Source: Girardia tigrina
Lineage: Eukaryota
Reading direction: 5' to 3'
Assembly: GCA_001938485.1 (NCBI GenBank)
Contig: MQRK01210104.1
Coordinates: 28,310 to 78,854, forward strand
Length of the DNA stretch: 50,545 nucleotides
Made by a program: the position numbers and the translations under genes. Each line of letters starts with the position of its first letter. Position 1 is the stretch's first letter. Under the pieces are notes generated by a model. It was given only the letters and a program-made list of their open reading frames with translations, did not search any database and had not been told where the DNA came from. Shown here piece after piece: positions 1 through 12,834 of the stretch.

Positions 1-562
1 GTACGTGTTAATATATGTAAAATTTTAAATTGTAATAAATGTTATTTTTCTGTTGTATATTCATTTTTTGAACTTTATGTCATTTTGTTCTCAAATAGCT
101 GCCGCACCCTGTACAGTTTGTGTAACCCAAGAAATTAGAATCATATCTAGAACAAAACTATTATGCAAAATCTGAAATAGGAAGAAGAGAAGAATTAGGT
201 AAGGATGTAAATATTAATTATATATTTTTTAGAAATTTAATTTTACAACTGATGAACGAAAGATAATGGACATGTCACAAAAAAAAGAGAAGAAAATTGT
301 CAAGAATTATGTACAAAACTTTCTTTGAAACATAAAAATGGTTAAATTTAAGACAATGGACAGAAATAAACAAATATATTTTTGGAGAATAATTTACCAG
401 AAAAAACGTTTTTCTCTTTCTCTCAGATAAAACATTGGGAGTCCCAATTTTGGACACAGCCCTTCAGTTTCATTTAAAAAAAATCAATTCAAAATAAATT
501 TTAAAAGAAGTTCTTACGTTTTGTTAATTTAGTTTGGAAAGTGTATCATTAATGTTGATAAA

Positions 563-1490
563 TTGTGTTGTCCAAAAAGTAATGCGCATTATTTCATGAA
601 CATTAAAATCAATTTTTACAAGAAAGAACAAAATTTATCCAGTAAAGTATTTACCATTTAGTTTTATCACCTTAAGCCATCTTTTAGGTAGTTTCGAAAT
701 TCCATTGGGTAAAGAATTGTAACGGTTTTGACTCAAAAAACGCATCCAGATGGTTTTCGATAGCCTAACAGTTGACAAAAGATTTTCCTGCAAAGACCGA
801 AATAAATTGAAGTCTGATAGAGCAAGATCAAGTGAATATAGTGAGTGGGGTAACATCTCCAAAACAAGCTTGTATACTTTTCTACTAGTGATGATAGAAA
901 CATGTGGTTTTGTGTGATCATATGTTGAAGCAGAAGACTTTTTCAGTTTGCCAGTTCCGGGCGCTTTTCCTGTATTTTTTGGTACAAATTTTTTGGTTGT
1001 CGAGAGTACCCATCAGAATTGACTGTTTAATTTTGTGGAAGAAGTTCGTAATATATGAACTTTTTAATAACCCACTAAACACAGAGCATGACTTTTTTGG
1101 TGTATGGACATCTTTAAGGGAGTGTGGAAGCTTAAATGAGTGACTCCAAGATTTTCTTTCTAACTACATTGTAGTAGACAACCCACTTCTCATTTCCTGT
1201 TACAACTTGTCTCAGAAATGGTGTTTTTTCGTTGCGTTTATGAGCATATTTTCTTCTGACTATTTATGAGGAAGCCAAATATCGTATCGCGAAATATAAC
1301 CACGTTTTACCAAATAATCGTGCAGCGTGCTTTTTGGAACATCCACGGTCTCTGCTATATCGCAAGTAGTTCATCTTGGATTTGACTCAATCTTTCCCTT
1401 AATTTACCAAACATCAACAACAGAAGGTCGTCTAGGGCGATTAACATCTACGAGGTCAACATTTTAAACTTTGAATTTAACAAACCATCT
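563..1490 (-). mobile_element. Decayed mariner (Tc1/mariner) transposon remnant
   Basis: ORF 635..862 'HSLYSLDLALSDFNLFRSLQ...GISKLPKRWLKVIKLNGKYF' matches the mariner C-terminal HPPYSPDLAPSDYHLFRSLQ...LPERWQKV motif. Frameshifted upstream pieces reach about 1490 ('RWFVKFK'). TIR-like 'ttgtgttgtccaaaaagtaatgcg' at about 563. Boundaries approximate. Confidence 0.85.
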
Positions 1491-1801
1491 TTTTTTTAAT
1501 TTTAAAAACAAGTGATGTAATTAATAGAAATAGTTATAAGATTGATGAACGACGTTTGTCAAATATTAAATCAATTAATCGTTCATATGAAAAGATGATA
1601 GTTTGGAACATGGTGCAATACCGAAAACTTTATGATACTACAATGCTTTGTCGCATAAAGAAGAAAAAAATTGAAAATAATTTTTATCACGCAATAGTCA
1701 TAAAAAACTATAATAGAATTAGGATTTCTGTATGTCATTCTGGCTGTATGAAGTTCCCTGAGTTCAGTAAAACAAATTTAATTATTTTCTTTATTGACAA
1801 A

Positions 1802-2068
1802 AGAACCGATTGATCCAAAATCTACGCGACGAGGCAATTCCAACGATGTGCCTCCGCCGCCGATCCGACGACGGGAAGTCCATGAATCAACGAATAAAAG
1901 ATTCAACATAAATACAAACAAAATCAATATCAACAATCAATATCAAACCAAAAGAAGGAAATATGATGAATTTGGATGAAAAATCGATTGATCCTAGACC
2001 TACTCGACTAGAGGAATCCGTAAATCTTGCTCCGCCACCGATTAGAGAAGTAGAAGTTGGTGAATTTG
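1802..2068 (+). repeat. Two diverged ~85-bp coding-like repeats (Pro-rich unit IDPxxTRxxxSxxxxPPPIRxxEV)
   Basis: EPIDPKSTRRGNSNDVPPPPIRRREVHE vs KSIDPRPTRLEESVNLAPPPIREVEVGE. The two copies are in different frames, and there is a GT donor-like site at 2069. Confidence 0.6.
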
Positions 2069-2232
2069 GTAATAAAAGTATTAATTCATTTAATAAATCG
2101 ATAAATGAATTACATAATTTAATTATTTTTTTAATTCTGGAAAAACGGAAAGACTTCCCCACCTTAAAAAGCTTACACTTTTCTAAGACTTTTGATATCA
2201 ATATAAAAATAATTTATTTATTTAGTTAATTT

Positions 2233-2371
2233 TGTAGAATGAGAGATATTAATATTTGTTTTTCTGAGTTATATTAATGTGTGTTTTAATATTAAAAATT
2301 TGTGTTATGTTCAAATTGAATTGATTTTAATAAATTTAGAATAAATATATATTTCCGTTGTTCGAAGTACA
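2233..2371 (+). repeat. 5' LTR (about 139 bp)
   Basis: Starts TGTAG, ends GTACA, contains AATAAA and lies directly upstream of gag. Its 3' ~90 bp recur inverted at 5648-5738. Confidence 0.7.
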
Positions 2372-4810
2372 AGCTATCCGGGCGAAATATAGACATCAAA
2401 ATCTTGTTGGCGGTTATTCCCCGATTCGACGGAAAGTCGACTCCAATCAGAGAATGGAGGACGAAGTTCGAGATCATCGCTGGATGTCAGGGAATCTCCG
2501 ATCCCAAAGAGTGGGCTAAAATCATGCCGTTATTTCTGGAGGGAGCTGTCTTCAAGATTTATGAAAATATCGATGAGAAGCAGAGAAGCTACGATCAAGT
2601 TATGTCAATTTTAACTAAAGCATTTGATGTAGACGAGTTCGGTGCATTTGAGTAGTTGCTGGGTCGCAAATTGAAAGACGATGAAACCGTTGACGAGTAT
2701 TGCGCTTCGATTAACGAAATTTCGTGACGTATGGAAAGTTTATCTCTATGTGCCTTTTATAATGGTCTGCCGACTGATGTCCGCTCCCGGAGATGTTGAC
2801 GCTGGTCATGAGCTGTAGAAGGTCGAAAAGAATGTCCAAATGGACATATCGATGGTCGCGTCCCGAACTGACATCTCGAGGGGGTGTCGTGGGCTCAATC
2901 ATGGCAAGGCTAAAGCTCATGGGAGGTCATATGAGTCAGATGACTATGAAGTTAGAGCGATGGAAAGAAGCCGTCCGAAAGGCTCCTCATCGCCTTCAAA
3001 GTCTAACATCAGGTGCTTCAGATGTCTAGAGAAAGGCCATCTCGTTTACGAGTGCAGGAACGGGCTAAAATGCAAAGCCTGTAACGGTTACGGCCATTCT
3101 GCCAGAAATTGTCATGCAGGAAACATGGACGGTAGTATCACGCAGTAGAGGCCGGATGTACTCCTGGAACGAAATTAATTACCAAGTCTCTTTTAATTAA
3201 CGACCGTGAGGTGGATGCGTTGATTGATTCTGGTGCGTCTAGAACCATTGTTGGTAGGTAAACCGAGAAAATTCGACAGGTGGATCACACTGATGGATGG
3301 CAGCAAAGTCCGAGCTTTGAAGAGTGAGTTTGAGGTAGTCATTGGTGAAGCTAAATGCGTCACGCGGGGTTTGATCGTTGATAGATTGTTGCCGGGATTT
3401 AATGCTATCGTTGGTCTCGACGTGATCCAACAGCTGGGAAGTGTGATAATAGATAAAGAGGCAGTTTTTTGTTGTGAGAAAATGGATGGCATCGCGATTG
3501 ATGCTTGTGATAGAGAAAGGGTCGCCCGATTAAAAATGACTGATAAGAATTTTGAGGTATCATACGACCGATGTTAGAGGTGAAATGGAAATGGTCAATG
3601 GGGGAGAAACCAAAATTTGATTATCAGTATGGCAGTTACAATGTTAGTAAATCCGTTAAAGACAAGTTCGAGGAGGTCTTGGAACAGTGGATTGAGAAAG
3701 GATTCTTAACATTGTATGATGAACAGAGATTTGGGCCTCCTAAGTGCACTATTCCAATTTTGCCGGTCGTTCAGGTAAATAAAGACAAGATCAGACTCGT
3801 CTTTGATTTTCGACTTATCAATAAGTATGTGGATGTGTACAGTGGTAACAGCGTAGTTTGCTGTGAGAAACTCCGGAAGTGGAGAAAAAAGTCTGGTAAG
3901 TGCGCACTGTTGGATTTAAAGGACGCGTACATGCAGGTGTTCATCAAGGATGAGATGCTACCGTACCAAACGGTGCTATATAAAAATAAAAGATACGCAC
4001 TAACCAGAATGGGTTTCGTGTTGAATGTGGGCCCAACTGTTATGACTAAAATTGTGGAGAAGGTCCTGTCGATGAATCCCATGATTCATGAAGCTCCCGA
4101 CTTGTATATAGACAATATTTTCGTGGACAAAAGTATATATATAGTACTAGTAAAAAAATATATTACCAGTAGATAGGGTCAAAGAGCATTTGTTAAAGTA
4201 TGAATTAGTCTCGAAAGATCCAGAGAGATTTCAACAAGAAAAATCTGTTAGACTGTTGGGATTGGAAGTGTTTCGAGAGAATCATGGCGCACTTCGCTGG
4301 AGACGGGCAAACAGATTGCTTTTGGACCTTAACGAGGTCAAAACGTTAACCTTAACGTTGGCACTGGGTGTTTGTTTAGATGTCGATGGACTGAGAATTG
4401 AGGATTCTTCTTGGCTTCGTAAAGTCAATGACTGTCGACACATCAATCTAGTTGAGTTAGAAGCGGTTGTGAAGGGGTTAAACCTAGCGATTGCATGGGG
4501 TTTTTCGGACATTGACTTGAGACTCGACAGTCAGGTTGTTTATGGGTGGATATCGAATGTGATCGATAACGTGCAAAGAAACAAAATTAAGGCGGTTTCC
4601 GAGCTATTGATTAGTAGAAGACTTAACCTGCTCAAACATATTGTTTCCGAATATAATTTGAAGCTATGTCTGGTCTACTTTAGGTCTGAGATGAATGATG
4701 CCGACATCTTAACGAGAATCCCTTCACAATGGTCTTTTTTAAGTCTCTCCACGGAAGGTGGCAACGTTCTTTCTGCTTCATTAGAAAGTCTTAAAAACGA
4801 AAGTCTTTAA
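2233..4810 (+). mobile_element. 3'-truncated, decayed LTR retrotransposon (gag with 2 CCHC knuckles, protease, RT, RNase H with DIRS-like HINxxEL motif)
   Basis: Short TG...CA LTR at 2233-2371. gag at 2404-3148 (CFRCLEKGHLVYEC, CKACNGYGHSARNC). Protease 'VDALIDSGASRTIV' at about 3200-3255. RT at 3571-4176 (RLVFDFRLIN, LLDLKDAYMQ, LTRMGFVLNVGP, YIDN instead of YIDD). RNase H 'EDSSWLR...HINLVELEAV...DSQVV...NDADILTR'. Stops and frameshifts present; integrase missing. Confidence 0.88.
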
Positions 4811-5134
4811 ATATTAAAAATATGGAAGAAAGGTAAAGTTTTCATTTAGACTTTCTTATCAAAATATATTTATAGTGACTCTACTTTCGTTTTTTAAAAA
4901 TAATTAATTGTTTTACTTTAATTAGGGTAAACCCGTTTCGCCAGGTCTGGCGAAATTTAAACGAATGACTTTAATCATCGGAACTTCACACAGACAGAAA
5001 TCATAATTCTATTATAGTATTAATTAGTTAAGCATATTATTGAGCATATATTAAGCATATCTGGAAAAACGGAAATACTTCCGATCTGCCCCCACACAAA
5101 TTTATAATTCATAATTAATTGCATGAATAAATTA

Positions 5135-5338
5135 TTAATAAATTTGGAAGTTTAGTTTGGAAGTTTCGCTGTTGTGAAATTCAATTATTTCCTTTCTAAT
5201 ATCGCAAATAACCGACGAATCGAAATTTCTGTGATTGTTGCTAAGAAAAACAGCGTATGCACAAATGAAGGGGCCACAGTCATAATTATTCTTTTGATAA
5301 GTTAGGCTATCGATAGTTTTATCTGTTTTTTTCGACAT
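5135..5338 (-). pseudogene. Ulp1/SENP-type (peptidase C48) cysteine protease C-terminal fragment
   Basis: 'LTYQKNNYDCGPFICAYAVFL...IRKEI' matches the QxNxxDCGxF catalytic-Cys motif. The His/Asp part was not found. Confidence 0.65.
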
Positions 5339-5410
5339 TTAGGGACAAGAAATGGTTGAGTGCAAAATTTAAAAAAAACCTTCAGATTATGAGACTGGCG
5401 CGCAACCTAC

Positions 5411-5527
5411 TGCGCTATCAAAGCCTGAAAATATTTACATGTTCTTTGGAATTCAAGTAATTTGCTCAATCAATTTGCGCTATCGAGGCTTGAAAATTTT
5501 GACATGTTCTTTGGAAATCAAGTAATT
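5411..5527 (+). repeat. Imperfect 52-bp direct repeat (period 65 bp)
   Basis: tgcgctatcaaagcctgaaaatatttacatgttctttggaattcaagtaatt (5411-5462) vs tgcgctatcgaggcttgaaaattttgacatgttctttggaaatcaagtaatt (5476-5527). Confidence 0.85.
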
Positions 5528-5647
5528 CAATTTCTTGAAGATGAAAAAGAGAAATAATGTTTAATGAGAGAAATGATATTTCGTGAAACGAATGATTAAA
5601 ATTGAAGAATGAAATTGAAGAGAAAAAAGTAAAAACAGAAAAATTAA

Positions 5648-5738
5648 TGTACTTCGAACCACGGAAAATATATATTTATTCTAAATTTATTAAAATCAAT
5701 TTAATTTGAACATAACACAATTTTTTATTATTAAAAAC
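5648..5738 (-). repeat. Partial LTR copy, inverted relative to 2233-2371
   Basis: tgtacttcgaaccacggaaaatatatatttattctaaatttattaaaatcaatttaatttgaacataacacaa is the near-exact reverse complement of about 2283-2371 and stops exactly at the LTR CA terminus. Confidence 0.85.
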
Positions 5739-8700
5739 TGAGACTGATTGAATTTCGGGGAGCACGATGTATAAAAGGAGCACCAGAACCAATCGTGACA
5801 AAATTATTAAAATATTAAAAATTATGATGAAAGATATAAGTAATTACCGATCGGAACAGCAGAAAACTTTACAAAGAAGTATGATGTCGGAAATTGTAAA
5901 AATAAAAATATATTCAATGTTATTCCCAACAGAAATATGCTGTGAAAAAGATACGTCACATAGAGGAATAATCCTAATGTCTGAAAAAATATTCAATTAG
6001 TTATTCGTTTAGAAATTATTTTTTAATAAATCATTTGAAAACGAATTACTAAAATATTTATGTGATATATGATACAGATTAATTTTAAAAAATAAATATA
6101 AATAGTACATAAAATAATGTACAAATCAGAGGCGTAAATATGATTTTTGGGCCTCATTGCAAAAATTAAGGTAAATAAGAAAAAAATATTTTTTTGTTTT
6201 TTTTTAATTTCTTGATTATTTTTATTATAAAATTTTATTATAAAATTCAAACATTTTAATACTCGTATGTTTTGAATTCGAAATATTACTTGAAAATCAA
6301 TTCACATTGAAATCTATGACAGTGATTGGAATACTAATTTTTAAGTGTAAAATCTTAATATCTTGTATAATAAATTTTTGCAAGACTCTAGTTAGAAGGT
6401 GTTGAAATTTTAAATATTTTTAAACAAAAGACTGATAAAATCCCTGATAAAATTCGTGATTCTCAATTCCAGTGACTATCTGAAAATAAACTTGACCATT
6501 CTTTACGATGGCCCTTCCCAAGGTCATATTCCGGTCTATGCAGTTCGAAATTCCTGTCTATGCCTTGGGTTCTCCGAAGCCATATAATGAACCCGACTTA
6601 ATCGATGAAGTTGCAATTGGAATCTAGGTAATTCAATAATTATTGTATTCGAAACCAAATTTTTGTGAGTTTCGATGCAGCATCCCTCTGAATGATATGG
6701 TTTTATTGGAATTTTTGGAGTCACTATAAACATATTTTGATAAGAAAGTCTAAATGAAAACTTTTACCTTTCTTTCATATTTGGTGCTAAATTTTCATCT
6801 CCACTAGAGACATCGGTGAAATATCTTGTGTAACTCATTTTTATTAAGAAATTAATTATTATTTTATTAAATAAGATTTCTTTTATATATTGCTACACGA
6901 AGTCCTATTTGATAGTGTATAAAGTTAGGTCTTCGAGGATTATGTATGTGTGTGAATATATTATGTAGGCTTATTGTAATAACCTCACAGATTTCTTACA
7001 CTCATGACAAAAGGCAATCTTATTTTTCTTATCTCTTGTAAAGGTATTTGTATTTTTGGGTATGAGTTTAACAACCTTTTGTCTTTATGTAATTTACATT
7101 TTTCTTTTCGTTTGTGATAAAAAAACATTCGATCTTACCTAATGCAATACTTTTAAATTTTCAACTGCCTTTCTGTTATGTAATAGTGCTTGATTATGTA
7201 CCGACGAAATTTATTTTATTTTATTTTTTGTATTTTTATTATTTTATTTTATTTATTTATTTGGGTTTATTTTATCTGAAAGAAGGAAGTCAAGAAATTA
7301 TATCAAGACAAGAAATTATAAGAAAGAGCGAAGGAACTATATTATTTATATTATAGAAATTATATTATTGATTAACAGAAATTAAACAATTAAAAAAAAT
7401 AAAGCAAACCATACTTATCGACGGATATCAGACTATTCTGCAAAATACTGGACTAATTATCAATCCCAGAGTTTTACCGAAATTTACTTGATTCACGGAC
7501 AGTATTTGATGAATCTATCGTACCAACTTTGTTTCTATTGTACCGGTTATTACTGATTAAATTTTGCTAGTTATTATACGGTTTTTTTTTAGTTAACTAT
7601 TATATCGTTATTGGCAATTGTTTGTACTGACGTTCATAACGATTGAGTTAATCAAACAAGCCAAAGTACATATAGTGGTTGATTAGCTCAGTCAGATATC
7701 GTTTATAATTGATTTTTTTACCTAAAAACTGTTAAAACTCACTCTTTGGTCCTCATTGATTAGTGAACAAAGATTGAGTTTTACACTTATATAAAATTCT
7801 TTTAATCTTTCGATATTCTTTAATTAAATGAAACTATTTTACGTATTCATATCTGTGATTGGCAATAATTTTGTGAGTTTCTGTTTTTGGATACAGTAAA
7901 TATACATTCTTTTAATTAAAACGACTTATCTCTAAATAACCGGGAAAGACATTAACACAATATCATCACATATAATTACATCACACTAAATCACATTACC
8001 ATTTAACATTTATTTCTAAAACCATTCTATGTATGTTTATAAATTTATTTTGTTTATTTTTATAAGTTTTGTTGGGTTCTTGATCAATATTAGAATTCAT
8101 AACACCAAAAATTTATTAATAACACATTTAACAATTATTCAAACAATTTTTGTTGTAATAAAAATTGTTGTTTTTAATAAAAATTTTTGTAGAGGAACTT
8201 TCTATCGTTTTCTTAATGACCAGATTCTTATATAAAAATATGAAATTATAAATATAAATAACTGGTAAGTTATATTAAAATTGAAAATTTTTAACTCTAT
8301 TTATTTGAAAATTTACATCCTTATTTTTAAATTAAAATCCTACAAAATTTTGTAGTCATATTTTTTTACTAAATTAATCATAATGATATTTTATTATTTT
8401 AGAATTAGTTTAATGTTATTTCTCTTTTTTTGAAACATTTCTAATTAATAAAGATTTAAATGTTTTATTTTTTTCAATATTTACAAATTTTATTATTTTT
8501 ATGATACGTTAATGATAAAAGTCTTAATTAAAATTTTTTTTACAACATTATTTAGAATAACTTTTAAAATTATTACAACCTATTTTATCATTGTATTTAT
8601 ATATATTTTTTTAATCAATTATTTAAAAATCCATTATTTCCCAATTAATTTCATTTTAAGTTTTTTTTACACTACAAATAAAATTCGATTATTCTCGAAA

Positions 8701-8825
8701 ATAACTTTTTAAAATTAATTGCGATATTTTTTACATTATTAGAAAAACTTTTGATTTTTAATTTTTACTTATTTCAAATATTATTTATAAAAAATTATTT
8801 ATTCAAAAATTTAAAGGATTATTTT

Positions 8826-11800
8826 TCACATGAGTCCTTCACATTTGAAATTTTTGAATTTTTCAACATTCCGTATTATTTGTCTATAATTTTTATCCTT
8901 CAGCCTATAACTCCTATCATGGATCTTTTCTATGATTTCATATGGTCCCTCAAATCGGTCTTCGCCTTTCGTCCTTATTTCCTTCTGTATCCAGACCATA
9001 TCTCCAACCTTGTATACTCTTTTGGTCTCCTTTATCTCCGGGATGTTCTTTTCTTTTATTCTTTTTCTTATATCCTCTCGGTCTATTTTGCTTCCATTGT
9101 ACCACTGTTGCCTGTCTATTTTCTTACCAAACACCACTTCCGCTGGACTGCACCCTATTGTTTTTTGTTTTGTTGCATTTAATGTGAATTCCACTTCTGG
9201 TAATATATCTGTCCAACTCATGGCATTTCTTTCTTTTAAACTAGCTTGAATAAATTCACGAATGGTCCTGAATTGTCTTTCGATTATTCCGTTTGTATTG
9301 TGGTGGTATGGACTGGAGAAAATTATTTTAACGCCTTTATTCTCCAACATTTCTCTAACTTTTTTTGCCTCAAAACTCTTACCACAATCAACATGTATCT
9401 CCTTTGGTGCACCAAATTTTAATATCCATTTTTGTAATATTGTTTGTACAATTGTGTCTTCGTCCTGTCTCTTGATTCCCGTCAAGCTGATGTACTTGCT
9501 AAAATGGTCTATCATTCCGAGAATGTATCTTTCTCTTCTTACTGTTTCATGCCACGGTCCACATATATCTATATAAACCTTTTCAAATATTTCTGACGCT
9601 GTTATTTTAACGTTTCTTCCTTTGTCTTCGTGGTCATTGTCTTTGTTTGTTGGCACTCTATACATGTTCCGACTACTTCCTTTACTGTTTTCTTTTCTTC
9701 CTCCATATCAAACTTGTCCCTCAGATATTCGTATACTTTTTCTGCTCCTGCATGACACAATAATCTATGTGTTTGTATGATTAAATCGTTCCGTTTTTCT
9801 TTTGGTATCCATTCTTTTTGATCTGCTCTCGCTTGGCTCCTTGTAGTCACTGCTAATAATCTAGTCTTATTCTTACCATTTTTAGCTTTTTCATGTTCCA
9901 TTTGACACTGGGTACACGTGTCGCAATTTCGTCTGGATAGCATATCCGCGTTGTTGTGTAGTTCTCCTTTCCTGTATTCTATTTCTATATCTAAACTNNN
10001 NNNNNNNNNNNNNNNNNNNNNNNNNNNNNNNNNNNNNNNNNNNNNNNNNNNNNNNNNNNNNNNNNNNNNNNNNNNNNNNNNNNNNNNNNNNNNNNNNNNN
10101 NNNNNNNNNNNNNNNNNNNNNNNNNNNNNNNNNNNNNNNNNNNNNNNNNNNNNNNNNNNNNNNNNNNNNNNNNNNNNNNNNNNNNNNNNNNNNNNNNNNN
10201 NNNNNNNNNNNNNNNNNNNNNNNNNNNNNNNNNNNNNNNNNNNNNNNNNNNNNNNNNNNNNNNNNNNNNNNNNNNNNNNNNNNNNNNNNNNNNNNNNNNN
10301 NNNNNNNNNNNNNNNNNNNNNNNNNNNNNNNNNNNNNNNNNNNNNNNNNNNNNNNNNNNNNNNNNNNNNNNNNNNNNNNNNNNNNNNNNNNNNNNNNNNN
10401 NNNNNNNNNNNNNNNNNNNNNNNNNNNNNNNNNNNNNNNNNNNNNNNNNNNNNNNNNNNNNNNNNNNNNNNNNNNNNNNNNNNNNNNNNNNNNNNNNNNN
10501 NNNNNNNNNNNNNNNNNNNNNNNNNNNNNNNNNNNNNNNNNNNNNNNNNNNNNNNNTATCCCTTTATCATTTATAACGTGTCCTAAAAATTTTACTTCTT
10601 GTCGTAATATTTTAAATTTCGATGGTTTGATTCTTAATCCTGTCTCCTTTATTCTTCCAAATACTTCTTTTACTACGTTATAATGTTCTTCCTTTGTGCT
10701 TGTTGCTATTAATATGTCGTCCGGATAAACTGATGCTCCCTTCTTTATCGGTTTTAATACTTTGTTCATTAGTTCCTGAAATGTTCCTGGGGCCGCTGCT
10801 ATCCCGAAAGGCATCCGTTTAAAACAGAATTGCCCTGATTTAGTGNNNNNNNNNNNNNNNNNNNNNNNNNNNNNNNNNNNNNNNNNNNNNNNNNNNNNNN
10901 NNNNNNNNNNNNNNNNNNNNNNNNNNNNNNNNNNNNNNNNNNNNNNNNNNNNNNNNNNNNNNNNNNNNNNNNNNNNNNGCCTGTCTCTTTGTAATTAAGT
11001 TTAACTGTCTGAAATCTAGACATAGTCTGATTTCGTCCTTGTCTTTTTTCCAAACGCATACTATTGGTGTGTTCCATTGTGAATTACATGGCTTTATTAT
11101 TCCATTTTCCTCTAAATTTCTGATTGCTTCCTCAAGTTTGTCCTCTAAATGTACCGGTTGTCTTCTTGGTTTTATGTTTATAGGTCCCCCTTTTGTTTCT
11201 ATTCTGTGTCGTAAAAAGTTTGTACAGCCGATATCCCAGTCGTTTGCCATGAATATGCCTTGATATTGGTGAATTATCTCTTATAGTGCTTTATCATTTC
11301 GCGTATCGATCATTTTCAATGCTTCTTTTCTTCGTTCTTCGTCTGTGATTCCTTTCCCAAACGTGGCCTCGATTTCACATATGTTAATCTTACTCGTATC
11401 CTGTTGTTTATTTTCTTTCCATTGCAGCTCTATTCCGAATTCCTTCATTAATGGCATACCCCCAATCATGTCTGGTCTTAAATTCTTTACTATTATAAAT
11501 CTTATTTTCTCTGATTTCTTCCCAATTTTTATCAGTGTTTCTATTTCTCCTCTAACATCCATTTTTAATCCATTTGCTGCTGTCAATTTCTGATTTGTTT
11601 GTTCCATTCGTGTGCTCTTCAATTAAGTATTTCTTCTGTCATTACGTTTAAGGCTGCTTCCGTATCTAATAGACATTCAATTTCTATGTCCTCAATCATG
11701 ACTCTGATACTTGGTCGACCCTCTAATTTGTTGTATACAATTGGTACATTTTCATAATTCGTTATTATCAACAATTCCCTTTCATCATACGTGTCTTTTT

Positions 11801-12350
11801 TTATGAATTTCGCAACTTTGTGACTTGTTTCTGGTTCCTGATAGAAGTTCGGCTCACTCATGAATTCTGACTGATTTTCATTAATTTCATATTTTATGTT
11901 ATTTATATTTAATTTATTTATTTATTTTATTTATATTATTAAAATTATTACTACTATATATATAATTTATATGATCTGGTATATCTTTAAGAAAACTTAC
12001 TCCAATGCCAAGATCGGTTCCTCGTCGTCTTGGCACGATTCGTTTTTTTCTGTATGTTCTCGCTCTTCTTGGTATTCTTCCTTCTCCATCATCGCGATCT
12101 GTCTTCCTCTTTCGAATCCTCTTCTGTAGTCGTCTAAGTTCCGATTTCCTGGACTCTTTGTTTGTGAATCTGAGAATCGTCGGCTATCTCTTTGGGTTCT
12201 CCTTTGATAATCCGTTCTCCCTTGGTATCATTTGTTCAGATTCGTGTAACATTCCTCAGCTCTATGTCCTGGATTGTTACATCTTCCACATCTTACCTTT
12301 TTGCATTCTCGTCGCACATGACCTTCTTCTTCACATGGCATGTGATCTTC
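8826..12350 (-). mobile_element. Gypsy/Ty3 LTR retrotransposon internal region (gag-PR-RT-RH-INT), degenerate, partly N-filled
   Basis: gag CCHC knuckles at about 12240-12345 (EEGHVRREC, CGRCNNPGHRAEEC). Protease CLLDTEA (11619-11861). RT 'IRLCLDFRQLN', 'MPFGIAAAPGTFQ', YPDD. RNase H end 'IEYRKGELHNNADMLSR'. zf-H2C2 'HRLLCHAG...CIECQ'. Integrase 'VYIDICGP...IDHFSK...SPYHHNTNGIIER', GPY motif. LTRs not identified. Confidence 0.93.
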
Positions 12351-12834
12351 CTCTGACGTTTACATTCAAAGCTCTTTACATTCAAAAAAGAAATGTACTT
12401 ATAAACTGTCGGCAATAATTAAGCAATCAATACTGCATCAATAAATCATTTAAAAATTATCAATAAAGTTGTCGAGAGTTCATTTTGAACTTTAATTTTA
12501 GGATCTAAAGATCTTACATATAACACTTTACATGTCACTCTCTCCCAACAATTCTTAAATTGTACATTTCTTTTAAAAGTCAGTTGGTCTGAAGATGACG
12601 GTTAATCTGTCAAAATTAATAAACAATTTTGATTGGCTTTCAAATTTTAATTTCAACGATTTGCCATTTTATTTTGAAATAGTTATAAAATTTTAAAAAT
12701 ACATAAAATTTGGTTCAAATAAATGTTTAAATATGATGTGATTAATAGTGTTATAAATTCATTAATCTATACATTAATACAAAATCAAACACAAACAAGT
12801 AGGGATAAAAAAGAAATTTTTTATTGTATTGGTA

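Noticed and set aside
5411-5527. CRISPR-like repeat
   Set aside because: Only two imperfect copies with a 13-bp spacer, a eukaryotic context and no cas genes.
2233-5738. True DIRS element (ITRs plus HIN-type RNase H)
   Set aside because: No tyrosine recombinase was seen, an aspartic protease is present, and the sister copy at 42650-44480 has a DDE integrase.
7114-9182. Hydrophobic F/I/L/Y-rich ORFs as membrane proteins or env
   Set aside because: Expected from very AT-rich non-coding DNA or antisense to integrase; no motifs.
9602-11250. Long poly-X ORFs
   Set aside because: Artefacts of N-runs; only the flanking Gypsy pol residues are real.
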